Positions 13,341 through 25,333 of a DNA stretch of 50,965 nt are shown piece after piece. The DNA comes from Ginglymostoma cirratum (Eukaryota): the NCBI GenBank assembly GCA_024137785.1, contig JAHRHZ010000032.1, positions 13,453,768 to 13,504,732 of the forward strand. The letters run 5' to 3'. How positions within the stretch are numbered: the stretch's first letter is position 1; the number at the start of each line of letters is the position of its first letter. The translations under genes were made by a program, and so were the position numbers. The notes below the pieces were generated by a model that saw only the letters and a program-made list of their open reading frames with translations, did not search any database and was not told where the DNA came from.

Positions 13341-13993
13341 TTAAAAAAGCATTTTTTTCTCAGTGGTTAATAAAAAAACTAACCAATTTGAACACATAGG
13401 GACAATCTATAAAAACTGGAGGCTAAATTGCATATTTAAATGCTGAAATGCTCGATCAGCATTATTGACAATTATGCTGGGAGCAAGTTCACTGCTGTTT
13501 CTCTGAAACTGATGCTATGGATTTTAGGGAGTCAGTGCAAGGAAGCACCTCCAGGAAAACATCTCAGGCTGTTAGAAGGGCTGGAAAATGAAGCCTTGGT
13601 GCCTGAGCTGTTTTCCCTCCCAAGAAAACACATTTAAACATGTCAAAAAAACACATGCTCCTATCTTCTTGGCACACTGGTTTCCAAAGAGGTATTATAT
13701 TTCTCAGAGGCTGGAGTTACAAGAACAAGTGAGTCTCCATTCCAGTGTCTTTGTCCAGAGAAGACAGAGGCTTCACACGAAACCAGGGCTACCAAAATTC
13801 CTAATATATGGCAACACCTGTCCTATCTAACCTAGTTTGTAGGCTTTCAACCTCATTCTCTTCAGAGTTACAGCAGGAGTATTTAGAAAACATCAAGGAT
13901 TTGTGTTCCTCTCCTGATCAAGGGGATTAAAATAATTGATTGCTTTGGTACAACTGATGACATGACTTTTTTTTACATGTCTTGTGTTTGCAT

Positions 13994-14082
13994 TTATTGT
14001 GGTACCCTTCCCATACTTTCATAGATGTCATCGTCTTCATTGTTTCTATCTTTATGAGATTGTTTATTCTTCATTGTTTTAC
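13994..14082 (-). CDS. Terminal cytoplasmic exon of the Ig receptor with Tyr motif
   Basis: Acceptor TTTCTTTTATCTTGACAG, phase 1. Encodes GKTMKNKQSHKDRNNEDDDIYESMGRVPQ*, an acidic run before YxxM. AATAAA overlaps the stop. Confidence 0.72.
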
Positions 14083-15409
14083 CTGTCAAGATAAAAGAAA
14101 GTATGATTATGATTAGTGTTCCTTCAAGAAATAGGGCAACATTCATACTTACATACGATTGCACATTAATTTGGACTGCAAGATGTCATTGGTGATTACC
14201 ACTTGATGGGGAGATTCAGGACATTAATTTGTAACTATAATACTTCAATACAAATATGTAAAATCATATATGTTTTCATCTATTATTATATGCTTGTTTT
14301 ATATTCCCCTTGTCTAAGACCTCTGCATGCTCTCACTTTAGATGGTTAACAGGAGGTCTCCAGAAATATTGCTTTTGATGCAATGTGTGGTTTGTAAAAG
14401 CATCCAGCAGCTTTTAAAACAAAACAGCACCTGGTTAACTGCAAGAAAAGCAAGTTATCATTAACTACACTAAATGCATCTTCACAGTGCATTCTATACT
14501 CACATGCAGAATCTATTCTCCTTTCCTGCTCATCACGGGCAGGGTGCAAGGTAGGGGAATTAAAATTGAGGCCAATGTCTCAGTTTAATCCTGTTATAAT
14601 ATACACCATCACTTTCACTTTGATATGAAAAGGTCTCTGAAGTGTATCAAAATGAAATTGGTGGTTTAACTTGGAAATGAGTCCTGATTTGACTCCTGAA
14701 ACCAATGAAGTTTGGAGGCGTGAGAAGCTGCCTGGTAGGAAATCTCACACCAGTTAAAGTTCACAGCAAGTGTTTGCATAACCTTTGCATAACATTGCAA
14801 CTTAATTTTCAAAATGCCTGTATATTTTTCAAGTGTAAGTGTACAATGATTTTCACTTAAAATGGAAGTGGGTCTCTCCCCTGCACTTTTCCCAATATTA
14901 AAAATGAGCTTTCAAGCATGCTGAAACACAACTCCAGATCATCAACCATAACTGGGGTTTGACAGCTGTACATTACATGTTAACTGGTTTCACATCATTA
15001 CCAGCTGTATAATGGCAGCCCAGCTGTACCTAAATAGATCTAATTACACATTGGCAATCAAGTTTTGTCCGATCAGTTTCTCCAAAGCAACGGCATTTTT
15101 CTCTCCCAGTTCAACTTTCAAAATTCCACTGCAATGATGACATGGCCTGAAATGTGGAACAGTTGATGGCTGGACAAATTTCACACTGTGAAAACTACAG
15201 AAAAGCAACTGCCATGCACAATTGTTTTGAAGTTATGAGTTATAATGTGTATTTTTTCTGAATGGTTAAGGTTGGTGGATGGTGTGGGTTGGTAAGTGTG
15301 AAACACAACTGCATCACATTAGTGATAAAATTGATAGCAGCTTCTGACTTTATCAATGAATATAGCAGAGAATCTACCAGTGGGTATGTCGCTGATTGCC
15401 AAAACAAAC

Positions 15410-15496
15410 CACTGCGGTCATTGAAGTCAATGTGAATACATAAGGCATCATTTCCAAAGTCCATATATGTGCCAATTTCATTTTCAAAGCCTATCT
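15410..15496 (-). CDS. Candidate internal cytoplasmic exon of the Ig receptor
   Basis: Acceptor ACTTTCCTGTAG, weak donor G|GTTTGT, 87 nt, phase 1-1. Encodes EIGFENEIGTYMDFGNDALCIHIDFNDRS; the frame stays open to 15240 if the donor is skipped. Confidence 0.45.
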
Positions 15497-16169
15497 CTAC
15501 AGGAAAGTCATGGCTTGATTTTCCACAGGGTACGGACTGTTTTGGGTAGGTTTGGGTGAATGGGAGATGTTGGGTCCAGCAGGAAGTGGGGTGTCAGGTC
15601 CTGCGTGGGAAAGGGAGGGATGTTGAGTCCTGGGATTCATGTCAGGTTTGTTGGAGGGAGAGAGGGAATCGAGTCCAGCAAAGGGGAAAGGGTCCTAGAT
15701 ACAGGAAGAGAGGGGTTGTGTTAGGTTCTGGAAGGTATGAAGGGTCTAGATGAGCTCCAGTTGTAGGAGTAGTGGGGTAAGGTGAGACTCAGTTTCACAG
15801 TTTTCCAGGAGTTAGACTAATTTTACAGACTAACATCTCCTGAGTAACTATTTATTTAATTTCAGTGAAACTTCCCAAACTCTCCAATTTAAAAGAACAC
15901 CTTTGGAGGGTTCCAGATGGGCGTGTAATTGCCCAGTGGAATCTGCAATTTCAGAGTCTCTTCAGAGTGTCCTACTCTGGGGCTTGTGCAACACAGTAAT
16001 GCACAACCTTCATCTATGTTGCAGAAAAAAACTGTTTGGCCATCAGAAAACTGGGTCAATGTTGATTCAGGGATGTATAGTGGTCAGGTTACCATGTTTA
16101 TCTTCTCTGTTCTTCTTGAAAATGGTAACATAGAATCTCTTACGTTCTCCTGAGAGACCAGAAAGAATG

Positions 16170-16310
16170 ACTAATGTAAAATATGGCATCTCTGACAGTG
16201 CAGGATTCCCTTAATACTGCACTGACATATCAGCCTAGACTATGTCAATAACTCCAAAAACTTATGATACACTGCCAAATGGTAACAACTGAACCATGGC
16301 TTATGGTGGT
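16170..16310 (-). mobile_element. DeuSINE (SacSINE1/AmnSINE-like) Deu-domain fragment
   Basis: GGCATCTCTGACAGTGCAGGATTCCCTTAATACTGCACTG...TCAGCCTAGA resembles the conserved Deu core. Confidence 0.55.
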
Positions 16311-16993
16311 ACAGAAGTGGGTGGGTTGGTAAAAAGGATGTCTCAGGATTCAGACTTTTAACACTTTAACCTCCCACCTCCATCCAAAACCATGCACTTT
16401 TTGAAGTTAAAATTCCTCCAATGAATCTAGACAATTCTTGAGATTTTCATTTTGAGATACTATACTTCAATTCTTGAGATCTTAGAATTTTTAAAAATAA
16501 TCACACTTTAGGTTTATAGTTTAGTTTAATACTTTGTCTGAATAATGAAAATGCATCAACATGAAAAATTAGTTCTGTTTTTCTCTCCAGATGAGACCTG
16601 GCCTGTTGAGAATTCCCAGCATTTTTCACTTCTTTTTCAGCATCAATGGTATTTCATCTATGTACACACATTATATGTTAGTACTTACTACAAGAAAACA
16701 AAGGATATTGTTTCGGAAATTTAAAATCGTTGATATTGTAATGTGGCTGCATGTTTGCTTATGTGACATTTATAGAAGCAGACAATGACAAAATGAGTTA
16801 TTTTGCACTCTTGGTATGAGTTGTTTGCCGGGTTGACTCGTTATGAAGCACGCCATCCTTTAAAGTCCATTACATTTTATGGACTTTAAGATAATTGCAA
16901 GGTCATAGAGTTCTACAGCATGGAAACAGACACTTTGGTCCAACTCGTCCACGTCAACCAGATATCCTAAATTAATCCAGTCCTTTTTGAAGA

Positions 16994-17029
16994 TTTTCTG
17001 AAGAAGGGTTTAGGCCCGAAACGTCAAGT
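16994..17029 (+). ncRNA. Minimal hammerhead motif
   Basis: CUGAAGA-A-GGGUUUAGGCCC-GAAA-CGUC-AAG. Confidence 0.75.
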
Positions 17030-17125
17030 TTTCCTGCTCCTATGATGCTGCTTGACCTGCTGTGTTCATCCAGCCCCATGCTTGTTATCTCGGATTCTCC
17101 AGCATCTGCAGTACCTTTTTATCTC
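16994..17125 (+). mobile_element. PLE 3' terminus fragment with hammerhead motif
   Basis: CTGAAGAAGGGTTTAGGCCCGAAACGTCAAG through the tail TTTTATCTC. Confidence 0.88.
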
Positions 17126-17713
17126 TGATACCATTAAACAACCAGTCTGACGAACGACATAACAGTGAAATTTGACTACAAAATTGCACAAAATATTATT
17201 TGATGCATGGTTATTTTTGCTATATTATGTTGTAAATCAATGATAATAATTGCCCAGGATTAGAACATTTTATTGTTGATTATTTCTGTAGAAAAGTTCA
17301 GAGACATCTGTAAATGCTAAAGTTTCGTTTTCCAAAGCTGTTAAAACCATAGTTGATTATGAGAAAGTTTACTGGGTGGAGCAAAGGTCCTGTAAGGATT
17401 CTGGGTGAAAGTAGATTTGGCAATCACAACTAGCAAATACACTGATGTTAATCATTTAAAAAAAAAACTCCGATTTTTGGTATCTCCATGCAAACACCAG
17501 TAAAACTTCACGAATAAAAATGAACTCTCAGAAAGTTATTAACTAAACTTTATAATTCATGTAATCCTGATATATATCCTCTCTAATTATGCTTATTATT
17601 TCTGTACATTAATATGTTCATTAGTGACTTAAACCTCTTCATTTCCTTTTCTTCCTTAAAATTCTTTCCATTGATCTAGATTTTCTTCATCTTGCCTGAC
17701 AGATAACATACCC

Positions 17714-17921
17714 GAGATAACAAGGTGTAGAGCTGGATGAACACAGCAGGCCAAGCAGCATCAGAGGAGCAGGAAACAAGCCCAAGGAGCAGGCCTTCCA
17801 GGCCTGGAAGGCCCGAAACGTCAGCTTTCCTGCTCCTCTGATGCTGCTAGGCTTGCTGTGTTCATCCAGCTCTACACCTTGTTATCTCAGATTCTCCAGC
17901 ATCTGCAGTTCCTACTATCTC
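17714..17921. mobile_element. Fold-back PLE-derived mini-element, family A, intronic in the Ig gene
   Basis: Inverted arms; 15-bp TSD CAGATAACATACCCG at 17700-17714 and 17921-17935. Confidence 0.88.
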
Positions 17922-18680
17922 AGATAACATACCCGCTCTGGCTCAGTCTCTATTTTTCACTATTTATTCACACATCATTCTTTCTGTACGGACAAATAAC
18001 TGCCTTCCCACAGATTTCCACCAAGCTGAGGGCAAACTTGAAAGAGAATCCTGACAGAAATTAACAAAGACTTTCAAGCATTTTCTCTCATCATTCATTG
18101 CCTTTCAGTAAATCTATATTGGCGTATCAATTGTTTAATAAGTAACCACATTTCATGACTAAATTTCATAGTGGGGCCTGTTTTTAGAGATCAATTCCAT
18201 TGTGGGTATTTACAACATTGGGTTATTTTTCTTTAAGTTAATTCTTGGGTGTGAGTATTGCTGACAAGAACAACATTTATTGCACACATATCATTGCCCT
18301 AACTGGTGTTGGAGTTTGTGAGAAACTTTGTCTTGAATTGCATAGCATTTTGATACAACTGAATGACTTGCTAAATCATTTTTGAGGGCAGGTAAGAATT
18401 AAGTAAATTAATTAGGTACTATAGTTCTCAAATGGTAGATAGGGATTGCAGGTTTACTCACTAAAGCGTATTAGAGAACTAATTTTTTGACATTTCAACA
18501 ATTTCAATTTATTTTACTGATTCCAGTTTATTTTCTCTATTTATACTTTTTAAACAAGATATTTTAATCAATGTTTATTTTTGTCACCTATTGGTTCCTG
18601 ATTAGTACCTAGCATAGAACAATATTTTGTTTTGCATTCTCAGTCACGTAGCTATCCATTTTTATTTTGTCTCCACTTAC

Positions 18681-18800
18681 CTTGCCTTCTTGACCTTCTC
18701 CTGCAATGTCTCACAACAGCCCATGTCAAAATAGTTACGCTGATTAGTGCTCCTGTTCCAGACAATGCACCTATCAAACCATAATTTACCATGATGTAAT
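18681..18800 (-). CDS. Transmembrane exon of the Ig receptor
   Basis: Acceptor TTTACTTTTTAG, donor G|GTAAGT, 120 nt, phase 1-1. Encodes DYIMVNYGLIGALSGTGALISVTILTWAVV followed by the basic stop-transfer RHCRRRSRRQ. Confidence 0.88.
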
Positions 18801-19410
18801 CTAAAAAGTAAACCAAATATGTTAGATGAAACTAGGTGGGATTGACTAGATATTCCATTAATGAATATGACCATAATTCAATGAGTTCCTGCAGTAGCAG
18901 GAGTTGTGCAATTTACTTCTTTATAACCAAGTAGGAATGGGCATTGTTATCATTTGGGTATTGTTCTCAGATAAGCACTTTTATAAAGTATACTTAATTG
19001 CTAGCCACACAATTAACTTTTTGATCAGGAAATGGAAGCCTGTTTACATGCTACCAAAATTCAATTCAAACACACCAATGATATAGCACTCCTCCCTTGC
19101 GTCACCAAATTGTCCGCCTACTTATGAACTCAAAACTTGTTTTGGGCTGTGTATTATACAAGGAGATAAACATAATTTATTTGGTCAAATGCTGCAACTC
19201 CCGACATATTTCAATCAAATGAATATAGAGATTTTCAAGAGTTGGGGGTACTTTTAGAAGTTGGAAATGGAAATAAGAGCAGAATATCAGACAGAAATAT
19301 ATTAGATTTTGTATTATATTATAACTTATAACTTATGCATAGCTTTATAACTTTTATAACTTATACATTAGTTTCACAAAATGATAATGCTGGTCAAACA
19401 GAATTCTTAC

Positions 19411-19488
19411 CATTGGTTTCATTAGCTTTCATGAAAGTGAGGTTAAAGACTGCAGTTGTGTTCCAACCATTATATATTTGTACTTCCT
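19411..19488 (-). CDS. Stalk exon of the Ig receptor
   Basis: Acceptor TTTCATTTTCAG, donor G|GTAAGA, 78 nt, phase 1-1. Encodes EEVQIYNGWNTTAVFNLTFMKANETN with three N-glycosylation sequons. Confidence 0.8.
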
Positions 19489-19799
19489 CTGAAAATGAAA
19501 ATGTGAACAAGGAATTAATAACAAACAAGGAACTGACTCTTGTTACAAATCACGTCTTTGTGATTTAGGATACTGTCAAGTGTACATGTTACCACAAGGT
19601 GTAGGAAATTTCCTTTTTTAATAATGATTAGTATGTCACCCGTGGTTTTTCTTCCGGATGGAGGTGACTTGAGAAACTCTGAGGACTGGACAGCAACTGG
19701 AGATTGTGGAAACTACCAAGGAGTTGAGCATAGTCCTAAATGTTTGTTATGGAGTCAATAGAAGCTTGGCTAGTGGCAAGTGAAGATATTTTGGGGTAA

Positions 19800-19940
19800 T
19801 ACTGAAAAATGCTGGAGAAACTCAGCAGGTCTGGCAGCATCTGTGGAGAAAGACAGAGTTAATACTTCAAGTCTGGTATGATTCTTCTTTGAAACTGTGT
19901 TGATTTCAGATTTCCAGTATCCACAGTTTTTGCCTTTATA
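19800..19940. mobile_element. Degenerate family B mini-element
   Basis: GCTGGAGAAACTCAGCAGGTCTGGCAGCATCTGTGG followed by the tail ATTTCAGATTTCCAGTATCCACAG. Confidence 0.65.
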
Positions 19941-20400
19941 TGAGATTTTGGGTGTTACTTGCAACTAAAATGCTGCTTTTATTGCTACATAATCAATTCC
20001 TATTGGCTGGGCCACTGTCAGATTCTTCACACAACTGTGGTTTTTCTATTCATCAATCCTGTCAGATTTAGCAATCAGTCCACAGGCCAGGAGAGTTCAG
20101 CCACTCAGAATGACTGGACATGTTCACAGCAACTTAAAGAGAAATATATTTGCATTTACAGTCACCTAACGTCATTTTTAAAAAGTAGACTAAGGACAAC
20201 TAATGTAAGTGCTGGAGCTTTAAATACGAAATACATAAAGGACTTATGTTAAATAGCAGATTGCTGATGTGCTGAGATTCTACTAGTATTGCATAGGTTT
20301 GGTCTCGCCACATTGCTGTGAAATACTCCAAGCAGTTGGACTATGGTGTAAATTGCTCCTCATGGAAAGATTTATGCCGATAAACACCTTTGACCACAAG

Positions 20401-20486
20401 TCAGTCAAGTAGTGGTGTGTACGTAATACACAATAAGCCCCATAAGACTGCATAAGTAATTTGGTGGACTGACTCATAACTAGCAC
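20401..20486 (-). CDS. Candidate alternative terminal exon (GPI-signal-like)
   Basis: Acceptor TTTTCGTGCTTGTCTGTAG; phase 1 gives GASYESVHQITYAVLWGLLCITYTPLLD*. Lies between the V and stalk exons. Confidence 0.3.
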
Positions 20487-20574
20487 CTACAGACAAGCAC
20501 GAAAATGTAAGGTTGGTTGCTGGCTGGAAAGCCCCTTCCCATTGGATCCTTCCTGAAATCTTATCACCTTTGCA

Positions 20575-21272
20575 TGGCAGCTGTGATGGAGAACAGACTG
20601 CGGTCCATATACTTGTAAACTGTGCTTTTGTAAAGAAGGTCTGAGAGAAATTGTTTGTTAATGTTCACCTTAAACTGCTCTGCAATGCAAGACTGCACTC
20701 TGAATGCTGTTGCCAGGAATGAACACCGATATAAATATTAATTGCAGTTGGAGTACCATTATCTCAGTGACAGGTGCTGTTTGGTCTGCTAAACATTTTC
20801 TGGAACATTTCAACTTCCAGGACTATGTGCTGTGAAATGCACTAAAGCTTGGGACAGCTATTGTTGAGGTGCAATGGAGAAAAGGCACTTCTAAAGGCAC
20901 TTTTCAGCGAAAGTACACTGAGAGGTTGGAAAATGTTGAACACTTTGACCTGACAAGGAAATAGTCTGGGAACTTCAAGAGTATTGAATTGTTTTGAGGC
21001 ACCGCATAGTGGAAAGTGGTGCATAGTGAACAGTTTATTTTTATTGCATTTTCAATAAATTTTCCATTTAAAATGTTCTACCCTCAGACTGTATGCCTGA
21101 CAAGGAATGCACTTTGTATATATTGAGAATATGACAATCGTATTGACACAGCTAAGAGTGGAACATGTTCGAAAAAGTCATATTTTACAGCATTTTCTAT
21201 AATTTTTGGTCAAAATGCTTTGTAAACTACTTTTAAAATTTTAATGACAATGCATATTTTTGGGAAAAAAGA
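20575..21272 (+). mobile_element. Tx1/L1-clade LINE 3' end
   Basis: CDGEQTAVHILVNCAFVKKV zinc-knuckle relic, then AVWSA and QDYVL..ALKLG; A-rich end. Confidence 0.65.
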
Positions 21273-23431
21273 TGCTTGACTAATTTGCAGATCTGATAGT
21301 ATCCTGATCTATTTTGACATAATCTGACTAATTTCACAAAATGCAATTCTCACTTCGTCAGTTTATAAAAACTTTGGAATAGTGTATATAACTGCAGTGG
21401 CATGGTTTTCATCCATAAGATACAGTCCATAATGTAAACAAATCCAAACTGCAAGAACCAAGCAATGAAAATATGGATTTATGATTAATGAAGATGATAG
21501 GGAAGTTGGGAGTTAGACTGACAATGTTTTCTATGGGTAGGCATCAATGGTAAAAGTATGATGTTCCTTTCATACTACACATGAACAGGGCACTATACTG
21601 TTGGTTCCTCATTCACTCATCTGACACTGACACAATTAGCCTTGCTGCATTTAATAAAGCAGAACACTGGGAAGACCTATTTGAAAGACTAGCTCCTCAC
21701 TAAAGGTGAGAAGCAAAACAATTTTAAAGAGAGAGAGAGCTGTATACAACAGGATACAGTCATAAAGCAAACATAAAATCTTGAAACCATATGTTTTGTT
21801 TCTTATTAAAAAAAATTGCAGATTCTGGAAAATTGAAATTAAAATATAAAGGACTGGAGTAACTCTGCAATTTTGTACCATGTGTGGAGAGAGAAATAGA
21901 ATTCTGGGTGTAACAACTCTTCTTTGGAAACTCAGTTTGCGAACTTCCCCTTTCACAGTTCAGAAAAGAGATAAAGAATTTATTGACTTTGATACGGTTT
22001 CTCTCCAAATGGATGGAAGGAGAGTGAACGATCCACTTTCATGCATGCCCTGCACACAATTCTTAGCTTCAGCCGACTGAGACCACAATTATTTTTGTTT
22101 AATATCGCTGGTATATAATAACCCCTGTTCCTCGTTGTGTGGAGAACATGATGGTGCTTCAATTCATGTTTGTAGATACAACTACGTATCCCTGCTTGCA
22201 ATTAGCCAGTTAAGAGTGAACCATATTGGTAATGGGCTCACCTGGTAAGGATAGCAGCGTTCCTTCCCAAAAGGGTGTAACTGTACCAGATGAGTTTTCT
22301 TAAAAAATTCAGCAGATTTACAAACGGACACTTTTAGACTGAACTCAAATTCTCAATTAGTTAGGTCGACTGATAGGTCGACTGCACAAAACAGAGGAAA
22401 TCAGTCGTGGATCTTGATCAATGAATCTTCCTTTGCTTTCTAATTCAGTCTGCGCAACCATTCGTACTGTTTCCTTTCTGAGCTCTTTGTCACTGATATT
22501 TCTCCAAATTGTAACGAATGTCTACCTGGTGCATTCACTACTCCGCACAGATTAGTGACTCAGACTCTCCGCCAGTTTTCTCCGTCTTTCCTTAAATCAA
22601 AGTGGGAGCGTCTGGGAAGGGGGAGAGGTGAGTGTGGAGAGATGCCCACTTGAACCGCTCACTCATCCCCAGCAAACTGCAAAATATCTGTTCCCATCAA
22701 GTTTCAAGCGATCTGTTGATTGTATCATCCGAAAATCATAACCTTCACAGGATTTAAGACACTCCCTGTAACCTTCAAGAAAATACTGGGGATTTTCCTA
22801 CTTACATAATGGTCAGACCACTGGGGCGACACAAAAGCTGAATACCAAGACTTTCAGCGATACTGGTTCTTTTGTGGCCCACGCGCTAAATAATGGCCGT
22901 AACTGAATGACATTTAAGGAAGAGATGAAAGGGGGAAAAAAGAGATACAACAAAAAAAGTTCACAAATTTAGCTTAGACGCGTCAATGAGAATCCATCCT
23001 CAGAAAGCCAGACATGGGGGTGTAGATGAAATGACTCATTCACATTCGAAGGACTCACGCTAAACCACTTGCTTCGTTGACAGACTCTTTTTAATCTTAA
23101 TGCAAACTAACTGGCGTTCCTTCAAGAATCCTTTGTCCTGCTTGCGCGGGGCACACAGGCCTCGTTGGACACTTGCACAGATCCTTCTGCTGTTTGCATT
23201 GCTTTTTTCCCCCTTTCCCACGGGCAGAACTGTAATCTCGTGGGACTCGATCTGTAAAATTGCCCTAAGCCAACCCTGAAGTAGGTGTCCGGAATAATGT
23301 ACCTTAATTGTCAACCTCTCTTATTTAAAAAGAAACAGAGATTGCTGGAAAAACTTGGTAGGTCTGGCAGCATCTGCAAAAACAAGCAGGGTTAATGTTA
23401 TGTGTCCAGGGGACCTTCCTTTTTTTAAAAC

Positions 23432-23668
23432 AAAAATCCCTACAGTCTAGAAACAGGCCTTGGGGCCCAAGACGTCCACACCGATTCAACCCTCTACTCT
23501 ATCCCTGTAACTCTACATTCCCCATGGCCAATCCACCTAACCTGCTCATCTTTGGACTCTGGAAAGAAACCGGAGCACCCTGTGGAAACCCGCACAGTCA
23601 GTCGCCCGAGGCTGGAATGGAACCCACGTCCCTGGCACAGTGAGGCAGCAGTGCTAACCAGCGTGCCA
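23432..23668 (-). mobile_element. HE1-type SINE
   Basis: Same family; ends GAGGCAGCAGTGCTAACCA. Confidence 0.8.
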
Positions 23669-23789
23669 TCAAAACCCATTCATTCAGGTGATGGTCAGAA
23701 CCTGGAACGCACTGCCTGCAAGGTTAGTAGGAAGTCAAACCCTCATAACACTTAAGAAACATTTAGAGGTGCATTTGGATGCCAAGACA

Positions 23790-24004
23790 TTTCATAGAAT
23801 TCCTGCAGTGTGGAAAGCGGTCATTCGCCCTAACGAGTCCACACCGGCCCTCCGAAGAGCATCCCACCCAGACTCACCCCCCTACCCTATTGCTGTAACC
23901 CTGCATTTCTCACGGCTAACTTATACATCCCTGGACACTATGTGCAAATTAGCATGGCCAATCCACCTAACCTGCACATCTGTGGACTGTGGGAGGAAAC
24001 CCGA
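23790..24004 (-). mobile_element. HE1-type SINE 3' part
   Basis: Homologous tail and V-domain segment. Confidence 0.78.
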
Positions 24005-24902
24005 TGTCTTCAAAGATAATGAGTATCCTTAATCTACTGAGTTTCTCCAGTAATTTCTGTTTTTGTTTCAGATTTCCAGCATTAGCAGTTTTTTTTTAAA
24101 GTGAGTCTCCTTTTGTTTTGTTCAATTTGGATTTTAATTTACGGGTTTGCTAGTTATGTTTCCTTTAAATTGGAGGTGGGGGGGAAACAGTTGACACCTG
24201 TAAGTTTCTGCTGGCGCTGGTACATGGCTTATCTCACTTAATCCTGATGGATTCGTTGCAAACAAACAGAAGCGCCAAAGAAATAAAATGGTTTGATTCT
24301 CCTTGGTTTCTCCCGGTCGAATAGCCTGCGTGGAGTTTAAAGGTTGCAGTTAGGATTATTTGGCCGGCGTCTCTGCAACTTAATTTCTATAATGTAATGA
24401 TTGATGCCCTTCATAGTAATTCATGATATGGAAATAGTGAGCTAATAATCATTGATGCGGTAAAGTCGGTTCCAGGATGAGGTTACTCAAGTAAATAAGG
24501 TTCTCAGTAACACTGTAAGATGAGAATCTCAGTTTTGCTGTTTAGCTCAGTCTTTCTGTCTCCTGTCTCCAACCACTGCAGTTCTAGAAGTGACAAGTAA
24601 TGGACTGAGCAGTAACTTTTCATGAGGGAGAACATAGATCTTAGCTGGTCTGTTGTGTAATCCAGGTTTTGTTAAAAGTGCAAATGCAAACTACGAGGCC
24701 CAAGCAAAGACATCTCAATAATGTCAGAGCTATCCTCCAAGAATTCAATTCCCGCACAATCTACATTGATAGGCACCGCTGATGTTTCTCACCACTTACA
24801 ATCGTGTTTCCCCAATGCCAATGATTCATTGCAATTCGTTCCATGGAGTGTTATTAAACACTCCTTGAACGTCTCGAACGACATTGAACACACAATACTT
24901 AC

Positions 24903-25250
24903 CGATCACGTTCACGATAATGTCCTTGGTGAACTGGTCTCCATTCCAATTTGTCACTGTGCAGGAATATGTCCCGGAATCATGCGATGTCACATTCTGG
25001 ATGGAGAGCGAATGGTTCGGGTAGATTTGTGCCCGGTGCAAGTAGCCGCTGAACCAATGGGTATTCCATTTCTCTTCTTCTGACATTAACTGGACGATGG
25101 AGCGCCGGGTGTTGGTGCTCACATACTTCCACTCCACTGTGTGCACCTGGTCAGTGATACTGGCGAAGGACACTTCCAGGAATATGTTCCCATTAACTTT
25201 TCCAATGACAACCTTGGGGCTGGCTCCAGCGGCCGCTGCTTGCAGTACAA
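24903..25250 (-). CDS. Exon 2: Ig V-set domain, CD2/SLAM/CEACAM-N-like
   Basis: Acceptor TCTTTTTCAG, donor G|GTAAGT, 348 nt, phase 1-1 and open. Shows C-strand VEWKY, SLSIQNV and F-strand DSGTYSC. B-strand Cys absent (NIFLEVS), as in CD2-family N-domains. Confidence 0.92.
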
Positions 25251-25333
25251 CTGAAAAAGATGGTACACAAGGTGAGGCAACAGGTCCATTGCTGTGGGAC
25301 ACAGTAGCAACAAGAGGTGCCCGCATGAATTAC

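Larger units (their letters stand above)
23328..24098. mobile_element. Family B fold-back element interrupted by two HE1 SINE copies and a CR1 fragment
   Basis: Left arm 23328-23420 and right arm ~24030-24098 flank HE1 copies at 23432-23668 and 23790-24004. Confidence 0.6.

Noticed and set aside
14150-14235. Exon-like segment with GTATGT/GTAAGT donors just before the terminal exon
   Set aside because: The frame compatible with neighbouring exons contains TAA; cannot be supported as coding.
16860-16889. 11-bp stem hairpin TTAAAGTCCAT...ATGGACTTTAA
   Set aside because: Too short and isolated to assign a function.
22362-22384. 12-bp tandem duplication TAGGTCGACTGA
   Set aside because: Simple local duplication; no array or CRISPR-like structure.
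23060-23314. Minus ORF in the Ig gene intron as a possible C2 exon
   Set aside because: No Ig motifs, and the phase-1 frame from the acceptor hits a stop before the donor.
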